Source: Minisyncoccia bacterium (lineage in GTDB: Bacteria > Patescibacteriota > Minisyncoccia > Phycocordibacterales > UBA9973). From it: 57,849 nucleotides of DNA. This document shows positions 18,294-27,880 of the stretch, in pieces. The position numbers and the translations under genes are program-made. The notes below the pieces were generated by a model. The model was not told where the DNA came from, did no database searches, and saw only the letters and a list, made by a program, of their open reading frames with translations. Location: the NCBI GenBank assembly GCA_038251535.1, contig JBBSBF010000004.1, forward strand, positions 1-57,849, read 5' to 3'. Numbering within the stretch: position 1 is the stretch's first letter; each line of letters begins with the position of its first letter.

Positions 18294-19424
18294 TTAAGGA
18301 ACTGATTGTGATAATAGTCTGTGTTTCATTTTTGTAACGACATGATCTCTTAGTTCAACGTCGTCAGCAATTTTCGCCCTGATATGCATAAGATACTGCA
18401 ATATCTGGTCAGGTAAGTCACTGCAAAAATCTTGACAGAAATCAAAAGAGTGTATGATTGTTTCGCCATATTCTTGCATAATAGGCATATTTATTTCAAG
18501 AAATTTTTTTAATTTCTCTTTCATCATCTTTTCACCAGTCGCAATTTCATAGGCGTCAAATGCTATCTGATCAAATTTTTTGTCTAAATCACGTTGGTAT
18601 ATGCGTAACTTAGTACGTTCACATTCAAGTAAATAGATAACTTTATATTTTCTTATATAAAGATTCATATTTGGACAAAAATGTTCCTGCATCCTATTCC
18701 AATCAATAGAGTCCAATACAGTCGTATCAACAAAATTCCGTATAGTGTTCACTAGGTGATCATTCTCGTCTACGAGTTCATAATTGTCAGAATTTTGCAA
18801 AAATCCTAAATTTCCGAAGATGGCATTGATAATACCACTCGAAAATTCATGAAATACAAAAAACTTTGAAAATAGATTGTCTTTTAGATGAGTCTCATAC
18901 CAATAAAACTCTCCGTGATTTCTAAATTTTCCATGCAATCTAAACAAATGATCTTCTTGTGGGTCACAGTAATACATAACGTCTGAAAGACAAACAATAA
19001 TAACAGCGTGGCTTGGTCGTATTGCAAGCATAATTTTATACCCATGTCTCTTTAAAAATATTCCTAAAGCTATAGCACGTCCAAGACAATTGAGGCCCCT
19101 GATTTTTTTCCCCATGAAATCTATTTGTGGATAGAGGCACAGTTTTGGGGTAAAGCCAGCTGGTGAATGAAAATTCTGTGGGTGTAATAGTCTATGATAT
19201 GCAACAATTAGGGATTCATCGTTTTTATAGTCCTCTCTCTTTAAACTTAGGAATGGAGAATTTTTATTATCCCATCCATTACTTTCAGTTATGAGTTTTT
19301 GGACAGCCTGCCGGAAATCATTTTGAACTTCAGTAGAAAGCGTATCAACTGTTTTTAGACAATCACCTGATCGCTTTGTTAAGAAGACGAAGCTGTTCAG
19401 AACAGCAAGTAATTTATTTTGCAT
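18294..19424 (-). CDS. Hypothetical protein with transglutaminase/papain-like Cys-His-Asp core
   Basis: GLNCLGRA...PSHAVIIV...YYCDP spacing typical of transglutaminase-like triads. Confidence 0.65.
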   Translation of the reverse strand: MQNKLLAVLNSFVFLTKRSGDCLKTVDTLSTEVQNDFRQAVQKLITESNGWDNKNSPFLSLKREDYKNDESLIVAYHRLLHPQNFHSPAGFTPKLCLYPQIDFMGKKIRGLNCLGRAIALGIFLKRHGYKIMLAIRPSHAVIIVCLSDVMYYCDPQEDHLFRLHGKFRNHGEFYWYETHLKDNLFSKFFVFHEFSSGIINAIFGNLGFLQNSDNYELVDENDHLVNTIRNFVDTTVLDSIDWNRMQEHFCPNMNLYIRKYKVIYLLECERTKLRIYQRDLDKKFDQIAFDAYEIATGEKMMKEKLKKFLEINMPIMQEYGETIIHSFDFCQDFCSDLPDQILQYLMHIRAKIADDVELRDHVVTKMKHRLLSQSVP

Positions 19425-19611
19425 TGTCCTAATTTAGTTTTAAATGAAAAAATCTAGTTAAATTATTTATTCAACAATACTATATATTATTCAATAAGTC
19501 AACCTACCCGTATCCCCCAGTAACTTAATACCAAGATGAAACTTACCTTCTGTAAGTACCGCTTCTCTCCATGGATCAGGGTTTTTAAAATTGAAATCTA
19601 AATTTTCTATA

Positions 19612-21429
19612 TTATTTGTTCTCTAAATATCTACTCGCCTGCATTGAATAAAGCTCCGCATAACGACCATTTTCTGTCATAAGTTCTTTGTGACTTCCCA
19701 ATTCTTTGAGTTCGCCGTGTTCGATGACGGCTATTTTGTCCGCATTTTTGACGGTACTGAAGCGATGTGAGATAAGCACGACCGTTTTGTCTTCCATTTT
19801 GGTCTCAAGCACTTCAAATATTTTTTCTTCGGCAACGGCATCAATCGCACTCGTTGGCTCATCAAGGACCGATATCAATGCATCACGATAAAATATACGT
19901 GCCACTGCCATGCGTTGAAATTGCCCCTTGGATAGCTCCACCCCATCTTGAAATCCTTTCCAGAGTAATTGATTATATTTTTTTGGTAATTCTTCGATGA
20001 AATCTGCTGCTCCAGAGAGCTCTGCTGATTCTTTCACTTTTTTATGATCGATAGACTTGTTAGGTTTAGAAATGGCAATCGCTTGCGTTACGGTTAAATT
20101 GTAATTTGTAAAATCTTGAAAAAGAATTCCCAAATACTCTCGCCAGACAGCAAGGTTAATATCTTTTAAATCGTATCCATCAATTTCTATTTTTCCTTTA
20201 GTGGGATCATACACTCGTGATAACAACTTGATTAGAGTTGTCTTCCCCGCACCATTCAATCCTACAATAGCTACTTTTTCACCACTTTCAATAGTGAGTG
20301 AAATGTTTTTAAGAACCAAATTTTTTGTCTCTGGGTATTTAAATGATACATTTTTAAACTCAATTTTTGGAGGCATTTTCCATTTTGGTGTCTTTGCACT
20401 AGCTGCCGATATAATCGTCGGCTTAATATCAAATATGTCAAACCAGTACTTTACATACCGTGCTTGTTCAGTTAGGCGAGCGTAATTAATAAAAAATGCT
20501 TGCGTTGTATTTAAAAATGATTGATACGAAGTAAACGCGAGAAAGAGTGCGCCAATTAGCAAATTTCCCTGTAGGGTCTCATACGTTACCAATCCAATCA
20601 CACAAAAAAGGCATACCGTTTGGAATATATTTGCAGCAATGGTTACTAATGATTCTTTTTTTGATACAGAAATTACCTTTTTATCATACGTTGTCGTTAC
20701 ATTAACGATATCCTTCTTAAAAAATGAGGTAATATTAAACAATAAAACTTCAACAATTTTTTTAGGATCGCGAAAATAAGTCATTCTATCTTGCTCTATT
20801 CTTGACTCATCCGTATGTACCCAGGTCAAATTGAAAAGTTGTTTACCATATTTTTGTTCGATAAAATAATACGGGAGTGCACCAATAAGTGCAAATACTA
20901 CGAAATAGGGGTTGATGTGATACAAGACAATACCTCCCGTTATAAATCCAGCGACACCACTTATTATTCTCGTAAACCAGTAGATTACATTGTTTAGTGA
21001 CCCCAATCCCCATTTGCTTGCACGGTCACGCTTTTGTTGGAATTCTGCGCTTTCAAAAGTACCTACATCGAGTTTTGAATAAATATCGACCAGATGCAAA
21101 TTTAATTTTGTGCCAAGTTTTGTTCGCAAGACAGAGTCGTACAAGGAACTCAAGTTTGACAAAATAGCTGGAACAAGGAATGAAATCCCCAAAAATATAG
21201 AATCTCGTATCAACGTCTGGGTAACACCAAGACTATTTTCTTTCATTCGTATTATCTCATTTATTATCGAGGAAAATGAAACCAACTGTGCGTACACAAA
21301 TACCGCTCCGAGAATATTAACCGTTGTTAACAAAAGAAGAAGTGTTCTTTCTCTTTTCCACGCAAAAGCAAGCGTTCTTCCAATTACGCGAAATAACACA
21401 CTATAGGATTCTTTTTCTGTTTTTTCCAT
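19612..21429 (-). CDS. ABC exporter, fused permease/ATPase
   Basis: TM domain, GLNGAGKTT, LSKGQFQR, VLDEPTS, ISHR. Confidence 0.95.
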   Translation of the reverse strand: MEKTEKESYSVLFRVIGRTLAFAWKRERTLLLLLTTVNILGAVFVYAQLVSFSSIINEIIRMKENSLGVTQTLIRDSIFLGISFLVPAILSNLSSLYDSVLRTKLGTKLNLHLVDIYSKLDVGTFESAEFQQKRDRASKWGLGSLNNVIYWFTRIISGVAGFITGGIVLYHINPYFVVFALIGALPYYFIEQKYGKQLFNLTWVHTDESRIEQDRMTYFRDPKKIVEVLLFNITSFFKKDIVNVTTTYDKKVISVSKKESLVTIAANIFQTVCLFCVIGLVTYETLQGNLLIGALFLAFTSYQSFLNTTQAFFINYARLTEQARYVKYWFDIFDIKPTIISAASAKTPKWKMPPKIEFKNVSFKYPETKNLVLKNISLTIESGEKVAIVGLNGAGKTTLIKLLSRVYDPTKGKIEIDGYDLKDINLAVWREYLGILFQDFTNYNLTVTQAIAISKPNKSIDHKKVKESAELSGAADFIEELPKKYNQLLWKGFQDGVELSKGQFQRMAVARIFYRDALISVLDEPTSAIDAVAEEKIFEVLETKMEDKTVVLISHRFSTVKNADKIAVIEHGELKELGSHKELMTENGRYAELYSMQASRYLENK

Positions 21430-21431
21430 AC

Positions 21432-22418
21432 TTACTCCGTCAACCCCACTACCTGATACACCTGTCCCAATTTCTTCATCGCGATCTCATTTGCTTTCAT
21501 AGCGCCATCGAGGAGGATGCTACGGACGAGTTCGGGATCGTCTTCGTACTTTTTACGACGCTCACGCATGGGAGTGACGAACGTAATGATGTCTGTAATG
21601 AGCATTTTCTTGGCATCGCCATAGCCGAGCCCTTTTGTATATTGTGCTTTGAGTTCCTGAGATGCATTGAAAAGTTTGTGGATCTGATACAGGATCATGT
21701 CGTCAGGATTTTTTTCTTCGTCTTTGTCTCGCGAATCAGTTGCGATAGACATGACTGCCTTGGTGATTTCATCATCCGTTCCAAAGAGTGGGATCGTGTT
21801 GTTGTAGGACTTGGACATCTTTTGTCCATCAGTGCCTGGTACTGTCGCAACATTTTCCAAAATCTTCTCCTGTGGTAATTTGAAGAGTTCGACGTATTGG
21901 TTGTTAAACTTTCCTGCGATATCGCGCGCGTACTCGACGTGTTGTTTCTGATCTTTGCCGACTGGCACAATGTCAGTATCGTAGAGCAATATATCTGCCG
22001 CCATGAGGACTGGGTAATCAAACGTTCCCATACTCACCTCACTTTTCTTCGCTTCTGCGTCTTTGAATGCATGTGCACGTTCGAGGTATGCCGTAGTCAC
22101 CAGTGCATTCAATACGACCGTGAGGTTGGTGTGTGCTGGTATATCGCTTTGTCTAAAGAGTGTAACTTTGGCTGGATCAAGTCCCGCGCCGAGGTAATCA
22201 AGCACGAGGTTGTTTGTATCGACGAGTAGCGTCTCTCTATCTGGAAGTGCGTTCAGTGCGTGCAGATTTGCAATCATCACAAAGGTATCATAATCGTCTT
22301 GGAGATCGACAAACTGTTTGAGCGCGCCAAAGTAGTTGCCGATATGGATGCGACCGGTTGGCTTGATGCCTGACAAAAGACGTTGCCTTGGGGATATCTC
22401 TGTAGATAACATGGTCAT
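21432..22418 (-). CDS. trpS: Tryptophan--tRNA ligase
   Basis: SGIKPTG.IHIGNY, YPVLMAADIL, VPVGKDQ, KMSKS. Confidence 0.97.
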   Translation of the reverse strand: MTMLSTEISPRQRLLSGIKPTGRIHIGNYFGALKQFVDLQDDYDTFVMIANLHALNALPDRETLLVDTNNLVLDYLGAGLDPAKVTLFRQSDIPAHTNLTVVLNALVTTAYLERAHAFKDAEAKKSEVSMGTFDYPVLMAADILLYDTDIVPVGKDQKQHVEYARDIAGKFNNQYVELFKLPQEKILENVATVPGTDGQKMSKSYNNTIPLFGTDDEITKAVMSIATDSRDKDEEKNPDDMILYQIHKLFNASQELKAQYTKGLGYGDAKKMLITDIITFVTPMRERRKKYEDDPELVRSILLDGAMKANEIAMKKLGQVYQVVGLTE

Positions 22419-22486
22419 ATAGTACCAAAATAGTGGATTATTTAAAGGTGCGTAGCCCTAGCGAGAAATGCTACAATCTATACATT

Positions 22487-23872
22487 ATGCCGACTCCAAA
22501 GACTACCCTCTCACATCTTCGTATTCCACCACACTCACTCGAAAGTGAGCAAGCAGTACTCGGTGCGCTCATGCTCCGGCCTACGGCTATTCACGAAGTA
22601 GTCGATCTCCTAGTGCCTGAGATGTTTTATGCAAAAAAGCACGCACTCATATTTCGCACCATCCTCGAGCTTTCCCTCAAAAACGAACCGATCGATGTTC
22701 TCTCGCTCGCCAACGCATTGAAAGAAAAGAAACAACTTCCTGAGATCGGAGGGAACGTCTACCTCAACGAACTGATGTCAAACGTCCCTTCTACGATCAA
22801 CATCCGTCACTATGGCGACATCGTGTACAAAAAGTTTATTCTTCGTTCTCTCATCGATGCGTCTGAGTCCATCGCCACTCTTTCGTACGAAGAAAACGAC
22901 ATGGCTGTTGAAAATATTCTCGACACTGCAGAAAAAAGCATCTTTCGTGTGTCATCGAGTATGAATGTCAAAAACGCATTTGTCTCTATCAAACAGTCCC
23001 TCATGGAAACAGTCGAACAGATCGAACACCTGCGCGATCACAAGGACGAGATTCGTGGCGTTCCTACGGGCTTTTCCGATCTCGACAACCTCCTTGCCGG
23101 GCTTCAAAAGAGCGACCTTATCATTTTGGCAGCGCGTCCGAGTATGGGAAAGACGACGTTCGCGCTCGATATCGCCAGAAATGTCGCGCTCTCGGGTACC
23201 CCCGTCGGTATATTCTCGCTCGAAATGTCTGCACAGCAGCTCGTACAGCGCATGCTCTCCGCAGAGAGTCGTGTTGATGCATGGAGTATCCGTACAGGGC
23301 ATGGTTTGTCCAACACACACTTTACGACGCTCCAAGAAGCTGCTTCAAGACTTCAAAAAGCTCCGATCTATATTGATGACCAGGCAGGCAACTCCATCGT
23401 CAAAATGCGTTCAGTTGCCCGACGACTCAAAAGCGAGCACGGTCTGGGACTTATCGTTGTGGACTATCTCCAGCTTATGACAACTTCCAAAAACTATGAC
23501 TCAATGGTCAATCAAATCACGGAAGTATCTCACTCGCTCAAACAGCTCGCTCGTGAACTCGATGTGCCCGTACTCGCCCTCTCTCAACTCTCTCGAGCAG
23601 TCGAAAGTCGTGGCGGCAAACCACGTCTATCGGACCTTCGAGATTCAGGATCCATCGAGCAAGACGCCGATCTCGTCATGTTCCTCCACCGCGACGACCG
23701 CTACAAAGACGAGAAGGACAACATCACTGACATCTTGATTGAAAAACATCGAAATGGTGCGGTCGGATCAATCCAACTCCTCTTTGATGGCAAAACTACA
23801 TCTTTTCTCGCCATGGATTCTGCACATGCAGCTACTATCGTTCCAAAAGTAACGACGTTTGATGATTTCTGA
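22487..23872 (+). CDS. dnaB: Replicative DNA helicase
   Basis: PPHS.ESEQAVLG, AARPSMGKT, VDYLQL, LSQLSR, DLRDSGSIEQDAD; start MPTPK. Confidence 0.97.
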   Translation: MPTPKTTLSHLRIPPHSLESEQAVLGALMLRPTAIHEVVDLLVPEMFYAKKHALIFRTILELSLKNEPIDVLSLANALKEKKQLPEIGGNVYLNELMSNVPSTINIRHYGDIVYKKFILRSLIDASESIATLSYEENDMAVENILDTAEKSIFRVSSSMNVKNAFVSIKQSLMETVEQIEHLRDHKDEIRGVPTGFSDLDNLLAGLQKSDLIILAARPSMGKTTFALDIARNVALSGTPVGIFSLEMSAQQLVQRMLSAESRVDAWSIRTGHGLSNTHFTTLQEAASRLQKAPIYIDDQAGNSIVKMRSVARRLKSEHGLGLIVVDYLQLMTTSKNYDSMVNQITEVSHSLKQLARELDVPVLALSQLSRAVESRGGKPRLSDLRDSGSIEQDADLVMFLHRDDRYKDEKDNITDILIEKHRNGAVGSIQLLFDGKTTSFLAMDSAHAATIVPKVTTFDDF

Positions 23873-23874
23873 GT

Positions 23875-23940
23875 TAGTAAGTAGTAATTAGATAGTAGTT
23901 AGTTACGCATTACTAACTACTTCCTACTATCTACTACCTT
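23875..23940. repeat. Inverted array of degenerate heptamer repeats
   Basis: TAGTAAG TAGTAAT TAGATAG TAGTTAG, 10-nt spacer, CTAACTA CTTCCTA CTATCTA CTACCTT. Confidence 0.7.
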
Positions 23941-23973
23941 AGTTAATATTCTGTATAATGGACAGTATTTACA

Positions 23974-24567
23974 ATGGATAAAAATCTTCAACAATTATCA
24001 GAGCTATTTCTTAAGTTCCCTGGGATTGGTCAACGCCAGGCAACGCGGTTTGCGTACTTTGTACTGACACAATCAGAAGGGTACGTGAAGACTCTTGCTG
24101 ATACACTCGTTTCAGTACGTAAACAAGCACATACCTGTAGTCGGTGTTTTCGGGTGTACGAAGGAGTGCCTGGTATGTGTGCAGTTTGTAAAGATGACCA
24201 CCGGGATCGATCGGTGCTTCTCGTCGTAGAGAAAAGTCATGACGTCGATTCATTTAATAAAACAACCTATAACGGACTTTTTTTTGTGCTCGGTGGACTG
24301 ATCCCCATCGTGCAAAAAAACATGATTGCTACAACAAATCTTGCACAGCTCATCAAACGCATCGAAGAAGAGAGTCAGAAACAGTACGAAGTCATCCTCG
24401 CCTTTCCACTCACCCCAAACGGAGAACATACTGATGCCGTCATCCGCGAAAACCTCGCACTCTTCCCTATCGACATATCGAGTCTCGGTCGCGGACTCTC
24501 AAGTGGCGCCGAACTCGAGTACGCCGATGCGGCGAGCTTGAATGCGTCGCTTAAAAAAAGGGAATAA
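23974..24567 (+). CDS. recR: Recombination mediator RecR
   Basis: FPGIG.RQA.R, C4 zinc finger, VVE Toprim, LEYAD. Confidence 0.95.
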   Translation: MDKNLQQLSELFLKFPGIGQRQATRFAYFVLTQSEGYVKTLADTLVSVRKQAHTCSRCFRVYEGVPGMCAVCKDDHRDRSVLLVVEKSHDVDSFNKTTYNGLFFVLGGLIPIVQKNMIATTNLAQLIKRIEEESQKQYEVILAFPLTPNGEHTDAVIRENLALFPIDISSLGRGLSSGAELEYADAASLNASLKKRE

Positions 24568-24592
24568 AAAACAGCTAACAATATGTTAGCTG
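24567..24592. terminator. Terminator hairpin between convergent genes
   Basis: CAGCTAACA-ATA-TGTTAGCTG. Confidence 0.65.
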
Positions 24593-24599
24593 CGTAAAA

Positions 24600-26333
24600 T
24601 TAACTGGCAAACTGGTGTCGAACTAATTCTGAATATGTTCCATCTTGTTGCATAAGCACTTCATGTGAACCGTCCTGTGTGATCTTACCATCGCTTAAGA
24701 CAATGATACGATTACAATGCCTAACAGTGGCTAAACGATGTGCAATGATGATTACAGTCCTACCTTCAAGATGATTTTGTAAAATGTCCTGAATATAAGT
24801 TTCTGTAATAGCATCAAGAGAACTTGTTGCTTCATCCAGGATAATGATCTTTGCATTAATGAGTAAAGCTCGCGCAATTGCAATACGTTGTCGTTGTCCT
24901 CCGGAAAGTTTTATTCCCCGTTCTCCAACGACTGTTTCATATCCTTTCGCAAAACTCTTAATTTCATCATGAATTTTAGCTTTTTGGGCTACCTTCATAA
25001 CTTCTTCAATAGTAACGTTCTCTTTTCCATAAGCAATATTTTGAAATACTGTTCGATGAAGTAATGATACATCCTGAGGAACAATTGCAATCTGTCTGCG
25101 TAATGCATCATGTGCCATATCTGCAATGTTGGTACCACCGATTTCAATAATGCCATTATTAGGATCACGAAGCTTCATAAGCATAGCAATCAAAGTCGAT
25201 TTTCCAGCTCCTGTACTTCCCACAACACCAACATGTTGTCCATGCTTAATACATAGGTCTAAACCATTAAATACATTTTTACCGATCGAATAACTAAAAG
25301 TAAGATTTTTAATCACAACAGAACCATCTGCTATCTCACTATCCTCTGAAAGATCGTTCATACTCACTTCTGGAGTCTTCTCAAAAACTTCTACCATTTC
25401 GTAGGCATCGGTATTGTACTTTGTAAATCGCACAAAAGTCCTACCAACTTCCCACATAGTGTCCGAAATAATCTTCATATAAAGATATACAAGTGCAACA
25501 TCAGCTGCATTCATCTTACCTTTACTCCATAGAGTGATAGCGATACCTAAACTTCCTAATTCGAGTAGTCCTGTAAAGAATCCTTGAACAGCGTTTTGGA
25601 AGTTGCTATATATCCATGATTTTTTCTGGGCTTTTGCATAGAGTTCATTTTGTTCTTTGAAATGAGCGATCTCTTTTTTTCGCTGACCAAAGATAAGTAC
25701 TGTTATTGCATTACTTATAATATCTGCAGTAACTGCTGTAAGATCTGAACTTAGTTGAGCTTCTTTAGAATCAACGGGTATCCTTATCTTTGCCATTTTC
25801 ATACTAATGAAAACATATACAATGGCCCATACCAATACTAAGGCTCCCAAGATTGGAGACTTTAAAAAAAGCACAACACAAATACCTACCACTTGTACAG
25901 CGGAAAACAAAAATGTATACGCAATACTATCAAACATTCCTTCAAAACTTTTTATAAAGCGATTCATCCGAGCAATAACTGCTCCAGAATGAGTATTCGC
26001 AAAAAAATAATGGGGTTGTGTAATCACAGTTTCGAGTGATTTTTGGTTTAGTGAAAAAATGGATTTGTTTTCAAACACACTCAAACACCAATCGCCTAAA
26101 CGAAAGAATACTTGTGAGAGAATAATAGCACCTGCTAACAACCAAAATTCAGTGAAGGTATTATTATTTTTTTGAGTCATAAGTGCTAACAGCGAAGCCA
26201 CAAACATAGGAGTTAGTACACTCCGGATAAATGTAGCAAGTGAATACGAGGAAACAGTCCCCAGTGCCCAGCGTTGATGAACTCTCGTGTGTTTCCGATA
26301 TATCGAATACACTTTTCGAAAATTTTTTACCAT
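24600..26333 (-). CDS. ABC exporter, fused permease/ATPase
   Basis: GSTGAGKST, GERGIKLSGGQRQR, ILDEATSSLD, IAHRL. Confidence 0.95.
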   Translation of the reverse strand: MVKNFRKVYSIYRKHTRVHQRWALGTVSSYSLATFIRSVLTPMFVASLLALMTQKNNNTFTEFWLLAGAIILSQVFFRLGDWCLSVFENKSIFSLNQKSLETVITQPHYFFANTHSGAVIARMNRFIKSFEGMFDSIAYTFLFSAVQVVGICVVLFLKSPILGALVLVWAIVYVFISMKMAKIRIPVDSKEAQLSSDLTAVTADIISNAITVLIFGQRKKEIAHFKEQNELYAKAQKKSWIYSNFQNAVQGFFTGLLELGSLGIAITLWSKGKMNAADVALVYLYMKIISDTMWEVGRTFVRFTKYNTDAYEMVEVFEKTPEVSMNDLSEDSEIADGSVVIKNLTFSYSIGKNVFNGLDLCIKHGQHVGVVGSTGAGKSTLIAMLMKLRDPNNGIIEIGGTNIADMAHDALRRQIAIVPQDVSLLHRTVFQNIAYGKENVTIEEVMKVAQKAKIHDEIKSFAKGYETVVGERGIKLSGGQRQRIAIARALLINAKIIILDEATSSLDAITETYIQDILQNHLEGRTVIIIAHRLATVRHCNRIIVLSDGKITQDGSHEVLMQQDGTYSELVRHQFAS

Positions 26334-26415
26334 ATTAAATCGATTTATTTGTAAATAACTATTTTTAGCATTATAACATATTATTAAAATAATTCAATAT
26401 TTTCAATTTTTAATT

Positions 26416-26441
26416 TAAAAATCCCCTATCTGGGGATTTTT
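26416..26441. terminator. Intrinsic terminator of rplU
   Basis: AAAAATCCCC-TATCT-GGGGATTTTT. Confidence 0.75.
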
Positions 26442-26847
26442 ATGCAATCGCGATTATCTTCACTTTCAAATACGGCTGGCGGTGACCGTTCTTTTTGAAG
26501 TAGCGACTCTTTTGTTTGTACCGAATAACCGTCACCTTTGGTGCTCTGCCTGCAACCATTACTTCCCCTGAAACGACTGCTCCAGTGATATACGGAGTAC
26601 CGATCGTTGTATCAGTGCCATTATCAACAAGGAGAACTTTGTCAAAAGTAACTGCATCACCCTTGACTTGTTCTGTAGGAAATTTCTCGATTGTGATCGT
26701 ATCTCCTACTGAAACCTGGTATTGTTTGCCACCGGTCATTACTACTGCAAATTCAGCAATTGCGGGAGCTTTTGTCACTGCTTTTTTCACTGGAGCTGTT
26801 TTTTGCTCGATTGAAGGGGTATTTTTTTGTGCTGTTGCAACTGCCAT
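26440..26847 (-). CDS. rplU: 50S ribosomal protein L21 with N-terminal extension
   Basis: FAVVMTGGKQYQV...IGTPY...GHRQPY. Confidence 0.96.
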   Translation of the reverse strand: MAVATAQKNTPSIEQKTAPVKKAVTKAPAIAEFAVVMTGGKQYQVSVGDTITIEKFPTEQVKGDAVTFDKVLLVDNGTDTTIGTPYITGAVVSGEVMVAGRAPKVTVIRYKQKSRYFKKNGHRQPYLKVKIIAIA

Positions 26848-26959
26848 ATAATAGAAGGGTATTATACTTATTTGTTCTATGTTTGCAAGTCCTTGTATAG
26901 CCCCCCCGTTTGCCCGAGTATTCTTCTACCTATGCACGAAGGATGGTACACTGGGATAT

Positions 26960-27877
26960 ATGATTTCCCGATATAGTGCCCATGGATTGACATGGATAGA
27001 TCTTGAAAAACCCACCGAAGCAGAAACGCGGCTAATAACCGAAGAGTTCAATATCCCTTCCCTCGTGGGTCAAGAAATACTCGATAGTACGCTCCGCTCA
27101 AAAGTTGACCTATACCCAAACTTTCTCTACCTTATACTCCACTTCCCACTCCTTAACACCATCAACACAAATGGTACAGAGCAAGAAGTAGATTTCATCA
27201 TCGGTAAACAATTTCTCATCACCGTTCGCTATGAACTCGTCGAGCCGGTAAGTATCTTTGCAAAGCTATTTGAGTCCAACAGTCTCACTGATCACTCAGC
27301 TACTCCTGTTCACGGAGGGTTCATTTTTATGCAAATGATCAAAGCATTTTATAAACACTCTCTCCAAGAACTTGAAGAAATGGCAACCATCCTCAAACAG
27401 ATTGAAAACAATATCTTTAGTACTCAAGAAAAATCAGTCGTTCGAGATATTTCGTATGTCTCTCGCAAACTGCTCGACTTCAAACAGTCGATACGCTTTC
27501 ACGGAGAAGTGCTTCATTCATATGAGACATCAAGTAAACGCCTCTTTGGAGAAACATACAGCTATTATGCTGAGGTCATCATGAGTGAGTATCGGAAAGT
27601 AAGCACCATGCTCGAGAGCAACCGAGATATGCTCGCCGAACTACAACGCACCAATAACTCCATCCTCTCGAGTAAGTCAAATGAAATAATGAAAAAGTTC
27701 ACGATCATGACCTTTGTGATGTTGCCGCTGACGTTGATCACTGGCATATTTGGGATGAATACCCTAGCCGACGTCATTTTTATTAGATCTCGTGGCGATT
27801 TTTTCTTTGTGATTATATTGATGTTTGTTTTGGGTATCGTGATGTATTTATTCTTTAAGGTTCGTCGCTTACTCTAA
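26960..27877 (+). CDS. corA: CorA family divalent cation transporter
   Basis: WIDLEKP, C-terminal two TMs with GIFGMN; start MISRY. Confidence 0.9.
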   Translation: MISRYSAHGLTWIDLEKPTEAETRLITEEFNIPSLVGQEILDSTLRSKVDLYPNFLYLILHFPLLNTINTNGTEQEVDFIIGKQFLITVRYELVEPVSIFAKLFESNSLTDHSATPVHGGFIFMQMIKAFYKHSLQELEEMATILKQIENNIFSTQEKSVVRDISYVSRKLLDFKQSIRFHGEVLHSYETSSKRLFGETYSYYAEVIMSEYRKVSTMLESNRDMLAELQRTNNSILSSKSNEIMKKFTIMTFVMLPLTLITGIFGMNTLADVIFIRSRGDFFFVIILMFVLGIVMYLFFKVRRLL

Positions 27878-27880
27878 TCT

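Noticed and set aside
15429-19500. Integron cassette array
   Set aside because: No integrase and no repeated attC-like sites; the inserts carry their own promoters.
18054-21429. Lasso peptide cluster (transglutaminase-like B protein, peptide, ABC exporter)
   Set aside because: No asparagine-synthetase-like cyclase or RRE; the peptide lacks a clear lasso leader/core pattern.
22401-22441. Replication origin at the trpS/dnaB divergence
   Set aside because: Only imperfect DnaA-box-like 9-mers (TGTAGATAA, AGTGGATTA); one lies in coding sequence, and there is no box cluster or dnaA.
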